IMG/VR virus record: IMGVR_UViG_3300005095_000031
Source: an uncultured virus (IMG/VR IMGVR_UViG_3300005095_000031)
Lineage: Duplodnaviria > Heunggongvirae > Uroviricota > Caudoviricetes
Reading direction: 5' to 3' (one strand)
DNA: 64,000 bases
Part shown: piece by piece, positions 29,276 through 38,496 of the stretch
How positions within the stretch are numbered: position 1 is the stretch's first letter
How the letters are laid out: each line of letters begins with the position of its first letter
Notes under the pieces: generated by a model
What the model was told of the DNA's origin: nothing
Seen by the model: only the letters and a program-made list of their open reading frames with translations
The model's database searches: none
Program-made: the position numbers and the translations under genes

Positions 29276-29554
29276 ATGCTTATTATAGATATAACAATCA
29301 ACAGAATAAAGCTTGTGTCATCCATTGGTGCCACAAGAATACATCCTGACGAAGTAGATGAAAACACAATATGCACGTACAGTGTAGGAAGAGTTTTCGA
29401 TGGAAGAATATTCAGGGAGATGGCAAAGGTGAAACATAGATACGGTGACGGGGCAGAAGAACTTGCACGCAAAATGCTTAACGTTGCAACAGAGGATAGC
29501 ATAGATCACCATACAGATGAGGCCGCATACATACTATCAAAGATGGCGTACTAA
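29276..29554 (+). CDS. Hypothetical protein
   Basis: AAGGA RBS, 92 aa. Confidence 0.6.
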   Translation: MLIIDITINRIKLVSSIGATRIHPDEVDENTICTYSVGRVFDGRIFREMAKVKHRYGDGAEELARKMLNVATEDSIDHHTDEAAYILSKMAY

Positions 29555-29567
29555 TTCAAAAGTCAAA

Positions 29568-29576
29568 TGGTATATA
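29568..29576 (+). promoter_or_regulatory. TGGTATATA promoter motif of the peptide/E1/E2/JAB operon
   Basis: Exact motif followed by a hairpin-rich leader and AAGGAG RBS. Confidence 0.65.
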
Positions 29577-29672
29577 GAAATGCGAGGGAGATATACTGTA
29601 AAGTTATCTAAGCCACCCTCGCAAAGAGACGCTTGCAAGCGGCTCTCCTAAAAAAAACACAAAGGAGACACA

Positions 29673-29945
29673 ATGGCTGAAAAAACTTTCGAAGAGCTCG
29701 TAGCCGAGGCTGTGCAGAAAGCACTGTGCGATCAAGCAGTAGGCACAAGCGAGCCTACTGTGACTGAGACTACATCTTCCTCAATCGAGGGCAAAGCTGC
29801 ATCCGGAGGCGAGTTTGAGGAGCTCGTAGCGGAAGCTGTAAGAAAAGCACTCTGCGATGATGGAGGGTCTGCTGCTGAACCCACTGTGACGGAGACAAGT
29901 TCCGCATCCATCGAGGGCAAAGCTGCATCCGGATACGCCGCCTAA
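29673..29945 (+). CDS. Tandem-repeat peptide, putative polyubiquitin-like modifier precursor
   Basis: Two units with 42-aa period, each ending IEGKAASG; AAGGAG RBS; first gene of the E1/E2/JAB operon. Confidence 0.75.
   Translation: MAEKTFEELVAEAVQKALCDQAVGTSEPTVTETTSSSIEGKAASGGEFEELVAEAVRKALCDDGGSAAEPTVTETSSASIEGKAASGYAA
29688..29933 (+). repeat. 126-nt-period tandem duplication (29688-29807 and 29814-29933)
   Basis: 31 of 40 aa identical; ATCGAGGGCAAAGCTGCATCCGGA identical in both copies. Confidence 0.95.
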
Positions 29946-29958
29946 TACGGTACCGACA

Positions 29959-29993
29959 GCAGCCTTCGGGCTGCATACTTAACTTTTTTTTAG
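29959..29993 (+). terminator. Intra-operon hairpin plus T-tract (attenuator or stabiliser)
   Basis: GCAGCC-TTCG-GGCTGC followed by AACTTTTTTTTAG. Confidence 0.65.
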
Positions 29994-30006
29994 GAGACTA
30001 GACGAA

Positions 30007-30960
30007 ATGGATATCAACATAAGAAAACAAATCAGTGATGGAATCGAACATCGATTCCTCACCAAAATCGCAATGGATCCAAATGATTTCGACAACACTA
30101 TTGTCGATGTTGCGATTCCCACCTATTTGGCGGACTGGAATAAGTTCTCGAATTTCCGAGCTTATACCATTTCGCCTACTCTCGCAGGGATGGCAGATAC
30201 GTCTGCTCTTCCGTTCAACAAGCTCATCCAGATTTCTGGAATCGACATGAAGAAACTGCAGGACAATATGAGGAAAGTGAAGAAAAGGAAAATCACGTTG
30301 ACTTCAATCGGCTATGGCGGCCTCAGCATCAACGTCTTTCACTTCCTCAGTCTTCTGTCGTATCGTGTTGGGGTCGATGAAGTATTTCACGAGCTCAACA
30401 TTTTCGACGATGACTACCTAAGCTTTACAAACGCAATACGGTTCTACAAGAACCTGTTCAAAGGAAAAGTCGGCCTGGGAGACCGGGTAAAAAAAATCTT
30501 CCTGTTTGATGAGCACAACTTGGCTGAGACTATTGTGCACCACTCAAACAGGTTCGATGAAGGATCTGTGGAGGCGATGAAAAAACGAAAAAACAATGTC
30601 TTCTTTGGAGCGCCTGATTTTGAAACAAGGCAGCTCCTTGAAAGAGAGCAATTCCTCTTCGCAGGACACCAAGGGGATGGAACGATTCTAATCAAATCCC
30701 CGGTGGTTGACACAGTAGCCACATCTGAGACGTATGGAACAATCAACCTTACGTCTTTCTTTGTGAACATGCTGGTCAACGCATATGGCATGATGGACGT
30801 TCTTGCCAACGGTTTTCTCGAAGAAGAGCACGACAAGATTTTGTTCCAGCATAACTCAAAAGAGCACATCAAGAGCAAATATGAGCTGCTGAGAACAATA
30901 GACACAAGCAGGGATATCGCCGTATACAAGGTGGAAGAATCCCTGAATATTATGGTGTAG
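30007..30960 (+). CDS. ThiF/E1-like adenylating enzyme
   Basis: IGYGGLS nucleotide-binding loop, DDDYLSFTNAIR (DxDxxxxxNxxR), GAPDFETR; no cysteine. Confidence 0.8.
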   Translation: MDINIRKQISDGIEHRFLTKIAMDPNDFDNTIVDVAIPTYLADWNKFSNFRAYTISPTLAGMADTSALPFNKLIQISGIDMKKLQDNMRKVKKRKITLTSIGYGGLSINVFHFLSLLSYRVGVDEVFHELNIFDDDYLSFTNAIRFYKNLFKGKVGLGDRVKKIFLFDEHNLAETIVHHSNRFDEGSVEAMKKRKNNVFFGAPDFETRQLLEREQFLFAGHQGDGTILIKSPVVDTVATSETYGTINLTSFFVNMLVNAYGMMDVLANGFLEEEHDKILFQHNSKEHIKSKYELLRTIDTSRDIAVYKVEESLNIMV

Positions 30961-30969
30961 GAGGCACGG

Positions 30970-32001
30970 ATGGAAGTACTAAATTTAATGCATGCTGCTT
31001 TTAATCAGGAGATCCATGACATCAGAAGCGGCATGAGCTATGCAAATGCAGCGTCTGGGAAAATCACATACGAAGATGGATCTGTCGCAATCCCAACAAG
31101 TGGAGAGAATCGTCTTGATGCTATAGTAAACCCGATACTTGACAACGGGACTGTCTTGTCGAATCAACTCAACGGAGATGATTTCGACGATGCGATTACC
31201 AGATTTCACACTAGCTTGACCAGTGCGAACGACTTAGTCAGATGCGCAACACAAAAGCTCCAAAGAGTAGACAATGCAAGCATGGAAACCATCATGACAA
31301 TTGCAGAATCTCTCATGAATGGAGCACAAGAGCAGTTCTATGGCATTGTCATAAGCGATGGAAGCAAAAAAGTAAACATCCTCCACCCGATCATGGCTAC
31401 GCTTATCGCCACTGGCCAAATTGAAATAGGAAGCAACATTTCTGCCATGATCTACTCAAACGCATGTGATGGGGAAATAAACTATGATCACGTGAGTGCA
31501 TATGAAGAACAACTCAAGAGGTCTGTTGCAGAAGTTATGGGGCACATAAAGATTCCACAGATTAGTCTTCAGGCTAGAGGGAATTACATTGATGATGTAC
31601 TGAATTTTCTCAGAGATCAACAAGGTGCCGCAATTAGTACCAGGGAAAGAAGCAGCAACACTGAAAATGTCTTTATCCCGGTACAGCTGGCATCAAACGG
31701 GCTGATCATTCCTTACTATGGAATGATACATAGCAGCTGGAGAGATGGAACGTACAGATCAGAAAACATCTACCCAATGCTGTCTGGAAATGTTGGCAAT
31801 ACAATATTCACTGGATTTGGGTCAACATGCACAGGTGATCTCAATAGCTCAATGTTCACGTCTCTGCATGTGCTGAGCAACATGAATATCAACAGTATGT
31901 ACTTCGGGAGTACAGTACCGAATGGATACAAAAGCTTTGTTACGGCATGCCAGAGGGTTAGCATGAGGCTCTTGAAATCAAAATACGAAAAGGAGGCATA
32001 A
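30970..32001 (+). CDS. Putative prokaryotic E2-like conjugating protein
   Basis: C-terminal YPMLSGNV...GFGSTCTGDL resembles the PxxNV...GxxCxG signature of prokaryotic E2 families; lies between E1 and JAB. Confidence 0.55.
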   Translation: MEVLNLMHAAFNQEIHDIRSGMSYANAASGKITYEDGSVAIPTSGENRLDAIVNPILDNGTVLSNQLNGDDFDDAITRFHTSLTSANDLVRCATQKLQRVDNASMETIMTIAESLMNGAQEQFYGIVISDGSKKVNILHPIMATLIATGQIEIGSNISAMIYSNACDGEINYDHVSAYEEQLKRSVAEVMGHIKIPQISLQARGNYIDDVLNFLRDQQGAAISTRERSSNTENVFIPVQLASNGLIIPYYGMIHSSWRDGTYRSENIYPMLSGNVGNTIFTGFGSTCTGDLNSSMFTSLHVLSNMNINSMYFGSTVPNGYKSFVTACQRVSMRLLKSKYEKEA

Positions 32002-32003
32002 AC

Positions 32004-33182
32004 ATGGGAAAATGGAACAAGAAAAAAAGCACATACTGGCCTACGGCAAGACCGACGAAAACAACACCTACTGACAAGTACGACAACACAAAGGCAGCAA
32101 TCGTCTTCTTCGATCAATCCAACCTCAATGAGATGAGGGATGAGTGCATCGATGCAGCAAAGACAAGCGAATGGCAAATCCACCACTGGGACCTGAGAGT
32201 GCAACTCTCACGTGACGGTATCACCGTATCACTCTTCTTCCCTATGGCGTTCTACAACTTCGATCAAGAAGTCGGGCCATCAAGCGTGGAGTGGGAAACG
32301 GCAGATTCTGACAAAGAATCAGAGGCGACAAGAGAGGCTGCGCTGGCAAACAGAACAAAACTTTTCCAAAGTATGCCGATCTTTGTGGCGCTCAAAGAAT
32401 CGGGATATGATGTGGAGTTTGACTTCGGAGACTTTGGGTCAATTCATAGGCACCCCGGATCTTTCGGGTTCAGCTCCATAGATACAAGAAAAGACCCGGA
32501 CAACCCTGGGGTGATATACCGCAGGAAAGAAGCTGACAACCTCTGGCAGATAGATTCCGTCATGACAATGAGCCAAGACAAAGACTCAGATGTAAAGATA
32601 TACACTACAGAGTGTAGAATTCTTGACATCAACCCCTCTGAAGACGGAGGAGTAGAAGGAACGTATACCGAGATCCCAACCGTAACCGTAATCAGGAACA
32701 AGGAAATCGACCTGTCAGACTCAAATGATGGGTTCGAGAACGTGTTTGGGAAAGTCGAGAAAAACACTCTCGACAGATACAAAGTCATTGGGCAACTCAA
32801 GCCATATCCTCTCCTTGTGACAATTCTCGATATGTTTTTTGATGCCGAATACGAGTGCGATACAAGCAACGTGAAGGCAGAGCGCATCACGCAAAAAACA
32901 TACGGATCTTATGGAACATACGGTGGTAAAAGCCTGTATGGATCTAACTGGTGGGATGACGAGTATGGATACGGATACGGGTACAGCGGGAAAACAACAA
33001 AAACGTTCGAAACAAGAAGTGATCTCGAAAGTAGACTCATGGACTCATTCCCAATGCATCTTCACGAAACAGAAAAAGAATTCGTGAGGACATCCCTTGG
33101 ACGAATAGGGTATGGTGAGTTCAAAAAACTCGTGGAAGAAAGTGAGCAAATGTATGAAGAGGAGCTTGGGCTCTACGCATAG
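32004..33182 (+). CDS. JAB/JAMM-family metalloprotease
   Basis: GSIHRHPGSFGFSSID (HxH...SxxD) with an upstream candidate Glu (SEWQ); Tyr/Gly-rich C-terminal linker. Confidence 0.75.
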   Translation: MGKWNKKKSTYWPTARPTKTTPTDKYDNTKAAIVFFDQSNLNEMRDECIDAAKTSEWQIHHWDLRVQLSRDGITVSLFFPMAFYNFDQEVGPSSVEWETADSDKESEATREAALANRTKLFQSMPIFVALKESGYDVEFDFGDFGSIHRHPGSFGFSSIDTRKDPDNPGVIYRRKEADNLWQIDSVMTMSQDKDSDVKIYTTECRILDINPSEDGGVEGTYTEIPTVTVIRNKEIDLSDSNDGFENVFGKVEKNTLDRYKVIGQLKPYPLLVTILDMFFDAEYECDTSNVKAERITQKTYGSYGTYGGKSLYGSNWWDDEYGYGYGYSGKTTKTFETRSDLESRLMDSFPMHLHETEKEFVRTSLGRIGYGEFKKLVEESEQMYEEELGLYA

Positions 33183-33223
33183 CGGAGTTCACTCCGCTTG
33201 CGTAACATAGGAACTTTTTTTAG
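33181..33223 (+). terminator. Operon-end hairpin plus T-tract
   Basis: AGCGGAG-TTCA-CTCCGCT then AACTTTTTTTAG. Confidence 0.7.
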
Positions 33224-33412
33224 CTTCAACTGTTCTAATTCTACCGTCTAAAATCCTTTTTAGATCTTTCATTTTGTCAATTCCCTGCTTCTCAAGATAG
33301 TCAACAATTTCAAGTGTGGTCATACTGCAAATAGGTTTATCAATTTTCATATTGTCTCTCCTTTAGGTTTATTAAAGTATACTAACACTAAATACCTTTA
33401 AGGGCATTTAAA

Positions 33413-33655
33413 ATGACGATAGAAATACTTGAAACGATAGTTGCCAGACATAAAAACAGGCTCGCTCAAATGATAGACGACTATGATCTCATATTTCGAG
33501 CAAGAGAATTGATGGGGGAACTTGGATATGATACAGACGGGATGACAAGACTTCTAAGTGAAATAAGAATTGACATAGATGATGAAAAAGAAGATATATC
33601 AAGAAAAGAAAAAGCATTAGAAAAAATGAGAAAGGATTTTCATGAAAAAATTTGA
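33413..33655 (+). CDS. Coiled-coil hypothetical protein
   Basis: 80 aa, overlaps next gene. Confidence 0.6.
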   Translation: MTIEILETIVARHKNRLAQMIDDYDLIFRARELMGELGYDTDGMTRLLSEIRIDIDDEKEDISRKEKALEKMRKDFHEKI

Positions 33656-34241
33656 CGCAATCACAAAACTGGTAAATGGAGAATGCGATATCATTAAAAA
33701 CGACTACGACGCATTTCATCTGGACGAGAACAAATCGATAGTCAATAAAAACGGATACATGATGGCCACGACAAATATGGAGGAGGAAGGATGGGAGTGT
33801 ATTGTTCTCGATAAATGGTACGAAAAACTAAAAGACGGCCCAATTCTATGCAAGAGAGCAGACGGTGCCGTTGCAGTAATTTACAGCATCTCAACAAAAG
33901 GGAACTTTCTTGATTACTCAGGAACAGTTTTTGGGAAGCTTGACTCAGGTGATGTAGAGCCAGTCCAAAAAGAAGAAGCCGAACAGTATGTATATTTCGA
34001 TACTCAAAAGGACGAAATCGAATGTGATATCGTGTCCTTTGACGGAACTCCACCAACAGTAGAAAAAGCAAAAAAAAGATTTATTGATCTTGGGCTACCT
34101 GAAGAGGAATGGGAAGTTTTTTGGAAGAAAAACAATTTCGATGCGATTCTTATCGAAGAAGTCCTGAAGCTTGACGACACATACTGCAAGATGCTAATCA
34201 AAGAACATGTGGAAGGCCATGAAAAAGAAATTCCATTCTAA
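33642..34241 (+). CDS. Hypothetical protein ending EIPF
   Basis: 199 aa, AAGGA RBS. Confidence 0.65.
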   Translation: MKKFDAITKLVNGECDIIKNDYDAFHLDENKSIVNKNGYMMATTNMEEEGWECIVLDKWYEKLKDGPILCKRADGAVAVIYSISTKGNFLDYSGTVFGKLDSGDVEPVQKEEAEQYVYFDTQKDEIECDIVSFDGTPPTVEKAKKRFIDLGLPEEEWEVFWKKNNFDAILIEEVLKLDDTYCKMLIKEHVEGHEKEIPF

Positions 34242-34777
34242 GAAAACATCTTTGCAAACCTGGAAGCAGAATCTATCATGTCGTATTCAGTCATTATAAG
34301 TCTGCTTCCATACTCGTTCGAATTTGTCTTTCCGTCATCAAATATATAATCACCCTTCTTGAAGCATTTTATTATTTCACCGCTAAATCCACACCACTCA
34401 TTTTTACCTATCTTTTTTGCGACTCTGGCAACACCGTCAGTTCTTGTTGTATCGAAATTCATAAAGTTTTCATATCCAACCATCCGATATGCATCAAGCG
34501 GTGTTCCTACAAAAAACTTTCCTCTATTATTTTCTGCGTAAACAACCTCTCTGTATAATTGGAGATGTTCTTCTTCTATAAACATCTCATGATGTTTTTT
34601 TATTGCATCATAAATAAAAGACCTGTATATTCTTTTTGAGACAATGAATGTCTTTATCGCAATCGGAATGCCAAACACAACAAAAACTTTATTTATTTTT
34701 GATCTATTTGTTTCCCTCATATTCTCGATGCCAATAGAGACATACGGTATGCCTCTATAGACTATCATCTTTAGCAT
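34238..34777 (-). CDS. Hypothetical protein, paralog of 42294..42968 C-terminus
   Basis: FVGTP...WCGFS...CF..GD.IF...SASRFA shared. Confidence 0.65.
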   Translation of the reverse strand: MLKMIVYRGIPYVSIGIENMRETNRSKINKVFVVFGIPIAIKTFIVSKRIYRSFIYDAIKKHHEMFIEEEHLQLYREVVYAENNRGKFFVGTPLDAYRMVGYENFMNFDTTRTDGVARVAKKIGKNEWCGFSGEIIKCFKKGDYIFDDGKTNSNEYGSRLIMTEYDMIDSASRFAKMFS

Positions 34778-34982
34778 TATTAGCCTTTTTTAGTAGCTCC
34801 ATATACTTAAGTCTCTCCTCAGCAATCTTCTTCTCGGAATCTTTAGATGTTGTACTTTTCTTGGCTTTTAGCTTCGCCTCAGTAATCTTCTCCAAAACAA
34901 CTCTTTCCGCCTCTTTTATTTTTGAATCTGCCAACTTCAATATTGAATCAATCATGCCTGTTGTATCTGGGAAAACTCTCAA
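34755..34982 (-). CDS. Small basic hypothetical protein
   Basis: 75 aa, overlaps downstream gene. Confidence 0.5.
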   Translation of the reverse strand: MRVFPDTTGMIDSILKLADSKIKEAERVVLEKITEAKLKAKKSTTSKDSEKKIAEERLKYMELLKKANNAKDDSL

Positions 34983-35162
34983 GTTAGAACCTTTTTATTT
35001 TTTCACTATTCAATATCAGCCTCTATAAACGTCTCAATCTTTACCTCAACGTCTCCGCCATTCATTAGATGGTCAGAGAGATATGATGCTAACTCTTCGG
35101 AAATTCTTACGCATAGAATTTTCTCACGACCAGAGCAGTTGTCTATTGCTCTTATGTCATTC

Positions 35163-35609
35163 TTATTTAGTATTTCCTGCATTTATCTCCTCCATATCAA
35201 ACAAAGAAGCTTCTGGTTTAAAATCTCCAAAGAGAATCCTGTCTATCTCTTCTTCATTCCCCTTGATTCCATCATCTATCAGCAACCTAAAAGCGGCCTC
35301 CCTTCTCTTTGGGTCTTTGCACATAGCAAACTTATTAATGGTTTCTATGCCTGCCTTTTTCCTGTAGATTAGCGCCTTTATTACATCGCATGAATTGTTT
35401 CCGATAAATTCAAGCATTTTTTCATAACCGTCAATATTTGTAATCCCTCTCTCCAGAAGAAGAATAACAAACATGCCTTTATGCTCATCATCAACATTTA
35501 GACTGTCTATCATTCTGAATGCAGCCTCCATTTTATCACGCTGTCTTTTCTTTTCATTATTGAATGTTGTTGGGGTTATCAACTCAAGAAGCCAGTTTCC
35601 TAATCCCAT
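35163..35609 (-). CDS. Hypothetical protein
   Basis: 148 aa, AAGGA RBS. Confidence 0.65.
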   Translation of the reverse strand: MGLGNWLLELITPTTFNNEKKRQRDKMEAAFRMIDSLNVDDEHKGMFVILLLERGITNIDGYEKMLEFIGNNSCDVIKALIYRKKAGIETINKFAMCKDPKRREAAFRLLIDDGIKGNEEEIDRILFGDFKPEASLFDMEEINAGNTK

Positions 35610-35835
35610 TTTAAATCCTTTAGTTGATCTTTACTGCATTGTCCTCATCTGCAAATATTGATATCTCGTCTGTCGCTATTGCTACAGCCTTTCTCGCTGC
35701 CTCGTCAATGCTTTGAGCGAACACTTTGATATATACGCACATAGACTCTTCATCAAGCTCTATATTTACAGGAACCTCATATAGTGAATTCAATTCTTAT
35801 TCCTTTATAGTTTTTGAAAATATAGCTAAAAAAAA

Positions 35836-36132
35836 TTATATTCTCAAAACCTCACTGCCTTCGACCTTATGACCGCAACACTTGCAAACTATATAATCTG
35901 TATACGATCCGTCAAACTCGACTTTAAATCTTTGGCATCCGCATTTCTTGCACTTTAAATCTGAACTGCGAAAACCAAAGAAGTCGAGAATCTTATTCAA
36001 AATCCTCATAACAACTCCTTTGGTGCATTCTACACTATTAACACTTAAGCAACCTGCAGTCTGTATTTCTGAATCTAGAAAACAGATCCCTGTGTCTCTC
36101 CATGAACTCCTTGGCCTCTTCAACTGTATCAC
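35836..36132 (-). CDS. Small Zn-ribbon-like protein (likely internal start at MRILNK)
   Basis: CKKC...CKCC; AAGGAG before the internal Met. Confidence 0.55.
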   Translation of the reverse strand: MIQLKRPRSSWRDTGICFLDSEIQTAGCLSVNSVECTKGVVMRILNKILDFFGFRSSDLKCKKCGCQRFKVEFDGSYTDYIVCKCCGHKVEGSEVLRI

Positions 36133-36376
36133 CTATTCCAACTATGCATATTTTTTCTTTTGCATACAGTCTTGTATATCGCATGAAGCCGTTTCCCTTA
36201 TCCATCATAAACCACGCATCCCCAAGCATTATTTCCTGAATGCAGTTGTTGCCAGGAATATAAAAGAACATCTTTTTGAAGTTAAGCTCATAATTCAGCA
36301 TTACAAAGCTTAAATACTGCCAACTATTCCCGTATATCTTTTTCACATAATTTGTCGGCGAGATGTATAACATCAC
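36038..36376 (-). CDS. Hypothetical protein
   Basis: 112 aa, overlap-coupled. Confidence 0.55.
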   Translation of the reverse strand: MMLYISPTNYVKKIYGNSWQYLSFVMLNYELNFKKMFFYIPGNNCIQEIMLGDAWFMMDKGNGFMRYTRLYAKEKICIVGIGDTVEEAKEFMERHRDLFSRFRNTDCRLLKC

Positions 36377-36603
36377 CTCACCTCATACGGATTGAACCCT
36401 GTTGCAATATAAAACGATACGCACGAATATCTCTCTACCCACCTTGTCCCGCAATCGTTGCATTGGTGAACACGCTTTACCACGGCTCCGTCGAATTCTT
36501 CCCCGTTTATGTCTTTCTCTATATCAAGAGATCCACAGCAGGGGCACTCATCAAAAACGTCGCACTCATCAAACTCTTGAAACATGGAATACTCCTTAAT
36601 CAC
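36373..36603 (-). CDS. Small Zn-ribbon-like protein
   Basis: CPCCGS...CNDCG. Confidence 0.6.
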   Translation of the reverse strand: MIKEYSMFQEFDECDVFDECPCCGSLDIEKDINGEEFDGAVVKRVHQCNDCGTRWVERYSCVSFYIATGFNPYEVR

Positions 36604-36649
36604 ACTTGCGCAAATGTGTTTTATTTGCGGGGAATACTCCCCACATTGA

Positions 36650-36658
36650 TATATACCA
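36650..36658 (-). promoter_or_regulatory. TGGTATATA promoter motif
   Basis: Exact motif, intergenic, followed by hairpins and RBS. Confidence 0.65.
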
Positions 36659-36746
36659 TTTTATTTGATTAGTTTATTTCTATAGGATGGAAAACTTTAA
36701 GATTTAGAAGCTTAGATAGTCTATTGCTGGGTAGAGCCCCAGCTGT

Positions 36747-37166
36747 TTATTTTCTGCTTTTTTCTCCAGGCCCAGCAAGCCTTCCTATACCATATGAGGC
36801 TGCACCACCCAGCGCCCCAGCAGCGGTGCCGATAACACCATGCTCAAGCGCCCCCCTAAGTGCCTTTCTTTTTCCTCCGGCAATTCCATATTCTAAAGCC
36901 CCGATAGCAGACCCCAAGGCACCTCCAGCCAATGCTGACCCTGCCGTTGTGCTGCCAAGAGTTGATTTTCCAGTTTTTACACTCCTTGCACCTTCTGCAA
37001 CTGGCGCACCAAATATTAATCCAAGAATTGGTCTATCCACTTTCTTTCCTTCTTTATATCCTCTTACATTTGCATATATAGGCACTCTTGATGATACTCC
37101 AGAAATAAATGCCCTATCCCTGTCTTTCTTTTTAGCTGATGCAAACTTTTGAATTGCTTTTAACAT
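36747..37166 (-). CDS. Basic glycine-zipper protein
   Basis: GxxxG-rich helices AGGALGSAIGA and GTAAGALGGAASYG; N-terminal IQKFA; AAGGA RBS. Confidence 0.7.
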   Translation of the reverse strand: MLKAIQKFASAKKKDRDRAFISGVSSRVPIYANVRGYKEGKKVDRPILGLIFGAPVAEGARSVKTGKSTLGSTTAGSALAGGALGSAIGALEYGIAGGKRKALRGALEHGVIGTAAGALGGAASYGIGRLAGPGEKSRK

Positions 37167-37561
37167 GATGTATCCTTTTTCTTTTTTTAAATTTTACTAA
37201 AAAAAAAGAAAGACACAAATAAAAGTCAAATATCTCCAAAAGCCAAATCTCTATATGCAATTTACAACACTTAAATGCTATATTAGGAAAGCTTGTATCT
37301 TATGTAGCGATTCCGTCAGATGAGACTGACGTTACCGCTCTATTTCTTCACTTCGGATGAGCTGCTGAAGGGCATAGCTTTCGCCTTTTCCATGCCTCCT
37401 CCACTAATCAAAGTATTCCTGTCTTGCCTCTTGAATTGTCACATCGTACAACTCAATACTGTCGTTTTCCATAAACGGACTATTGAATATGATCCTGATA
37501 TTCTTCCTCTCGTTCATATCTTTACTCATTTTTTAACTCCTTGATTTTGAAAGACAAATGA

Positions 37562-37864
37562 CTACGCACTTTCCAGCTCAAGATCTTCAAGTCTATACAC
37601 CTTATCAACACTGATGGATGTATCTGCGCTTCCGACAAAGTGCACAACAGCCACATTGTCATCTTTCACCATAACCACACACTTTTTACCGATGTACTTC
37701 TGCTTATTCCATATGCACGCCCATTTAGGGACATACATACGAGTAAGATCCCACTCGGCATCGTCATTAGAGAAGAGCTCCTCAAAGTCCTTCATTGCAC
37801 ATCTTACACTTTGAATGATATTTCTTGCAAGATTTTCATCCATTCTGTAGTTGTACTGAAACAT
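37562..37864 (-). CDS. Hypothetical protein
   Basis: 100 aa. Confidence 0.6.
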   Translation of the reverse strand: MFQYNYRMDENLARNIIQSVRCAMKDFEELFSNDDAEWDLTRMYVPKWACIWNKQKYIGKKCVVMVKDDNVAVVHFVGSADTSISVDKVYRLEDLELESA

Positions 37865-38052
37865 GTTATACCTTTCTTGTATTTTTTGTCGCTATTGCTG
37901 CACAAGTTTTTTCTCGTGATACCCAATGAGGTACTCAGCATGGCTTGTGAAAACCAAGCCTCCCTCGAAGACAAACGAGAACTTCCCTTCGTTTTTGGCT
38001 TTTCTGTATGCCTCTTTGAACCGTTCCAGCATTTCTTTCGAAACCTTCTTTC

Positions 38053-38463
38053 TCATTGCATTCCTCCGTTTTTGATGACTGAATCTATAGTTCTTCCGTA
38101 AAAACCGCCATCAGGCTTTCTGTTGCTTCTGTAGGTATGAAAATTCATAAGGTTAAAGACTTTCTTTGCGAACTCATAGTCCGTACTGTCAGGATAAGCG
38201 CTCAAAGACGGAAGATACCTTTCGATATCATCCGTCTCCCTTCCGATGTTCTCTACGTACAGTGTCTTGCCGTTAGGCTTGTAGTTTACGTAGATCATAT
38301 CTCCGTTTTTGTTGAGATAAAGATGTGTTTCGGTCCTGTTTTTCTCAAACCCAAGGCAGAGAGTCCTAGGGGTCTTGTCTTTGAGCATATTTACAGAAAA
38401 ACTGTTTGCGGACCTAAACAGACTTGAAAACTCTTCCAGTGTCATACTTCTCTCCTTTTCCAT
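38053..38463 (-). CDS. Hypothetical protein
   Basis: 136 aa. Confidence 0.6.
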   Translation of the reverse strand: MEKERSMTLEEFSSLFRSANSFSVNMLKDKTPRTLCLGFEKNRTETHLYLNKNGDMIYVNYKPNGKTLYVENIGRETDDIERYLPSLSAYPDSTDYEFAKKVFNLMNFHTYRSNRKPDGGFYGRTIDSVIKNGGMQ

Positions 38464-38496
38464 TCATTTAGTGCACGGCAAAAGCCTAAGCTGTAA

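Noticed and set aside
29673..29945. Pup/UBact homolog because of internal GGE
   Set aside because: GGE is not C-terminal and is absent from unit 2; neighbours are E1/JAB type, not PafA/Dop
29673..30960. Microcin C-like RiPP (peptide plus ThiF)
   Set aside because: No C-terminal Asn, exporter or immunity gene; JAB and E2-like neighbours fit conjugation better, though peptide modification is not excluded
25265..33182. Genome-wide TAG recoding
   Set aside because: TAG ends groES (followed by a hairpin), the E1 gene (followed by RBS and next gene) and the JAB gene; long ORFs are intact under the standard code
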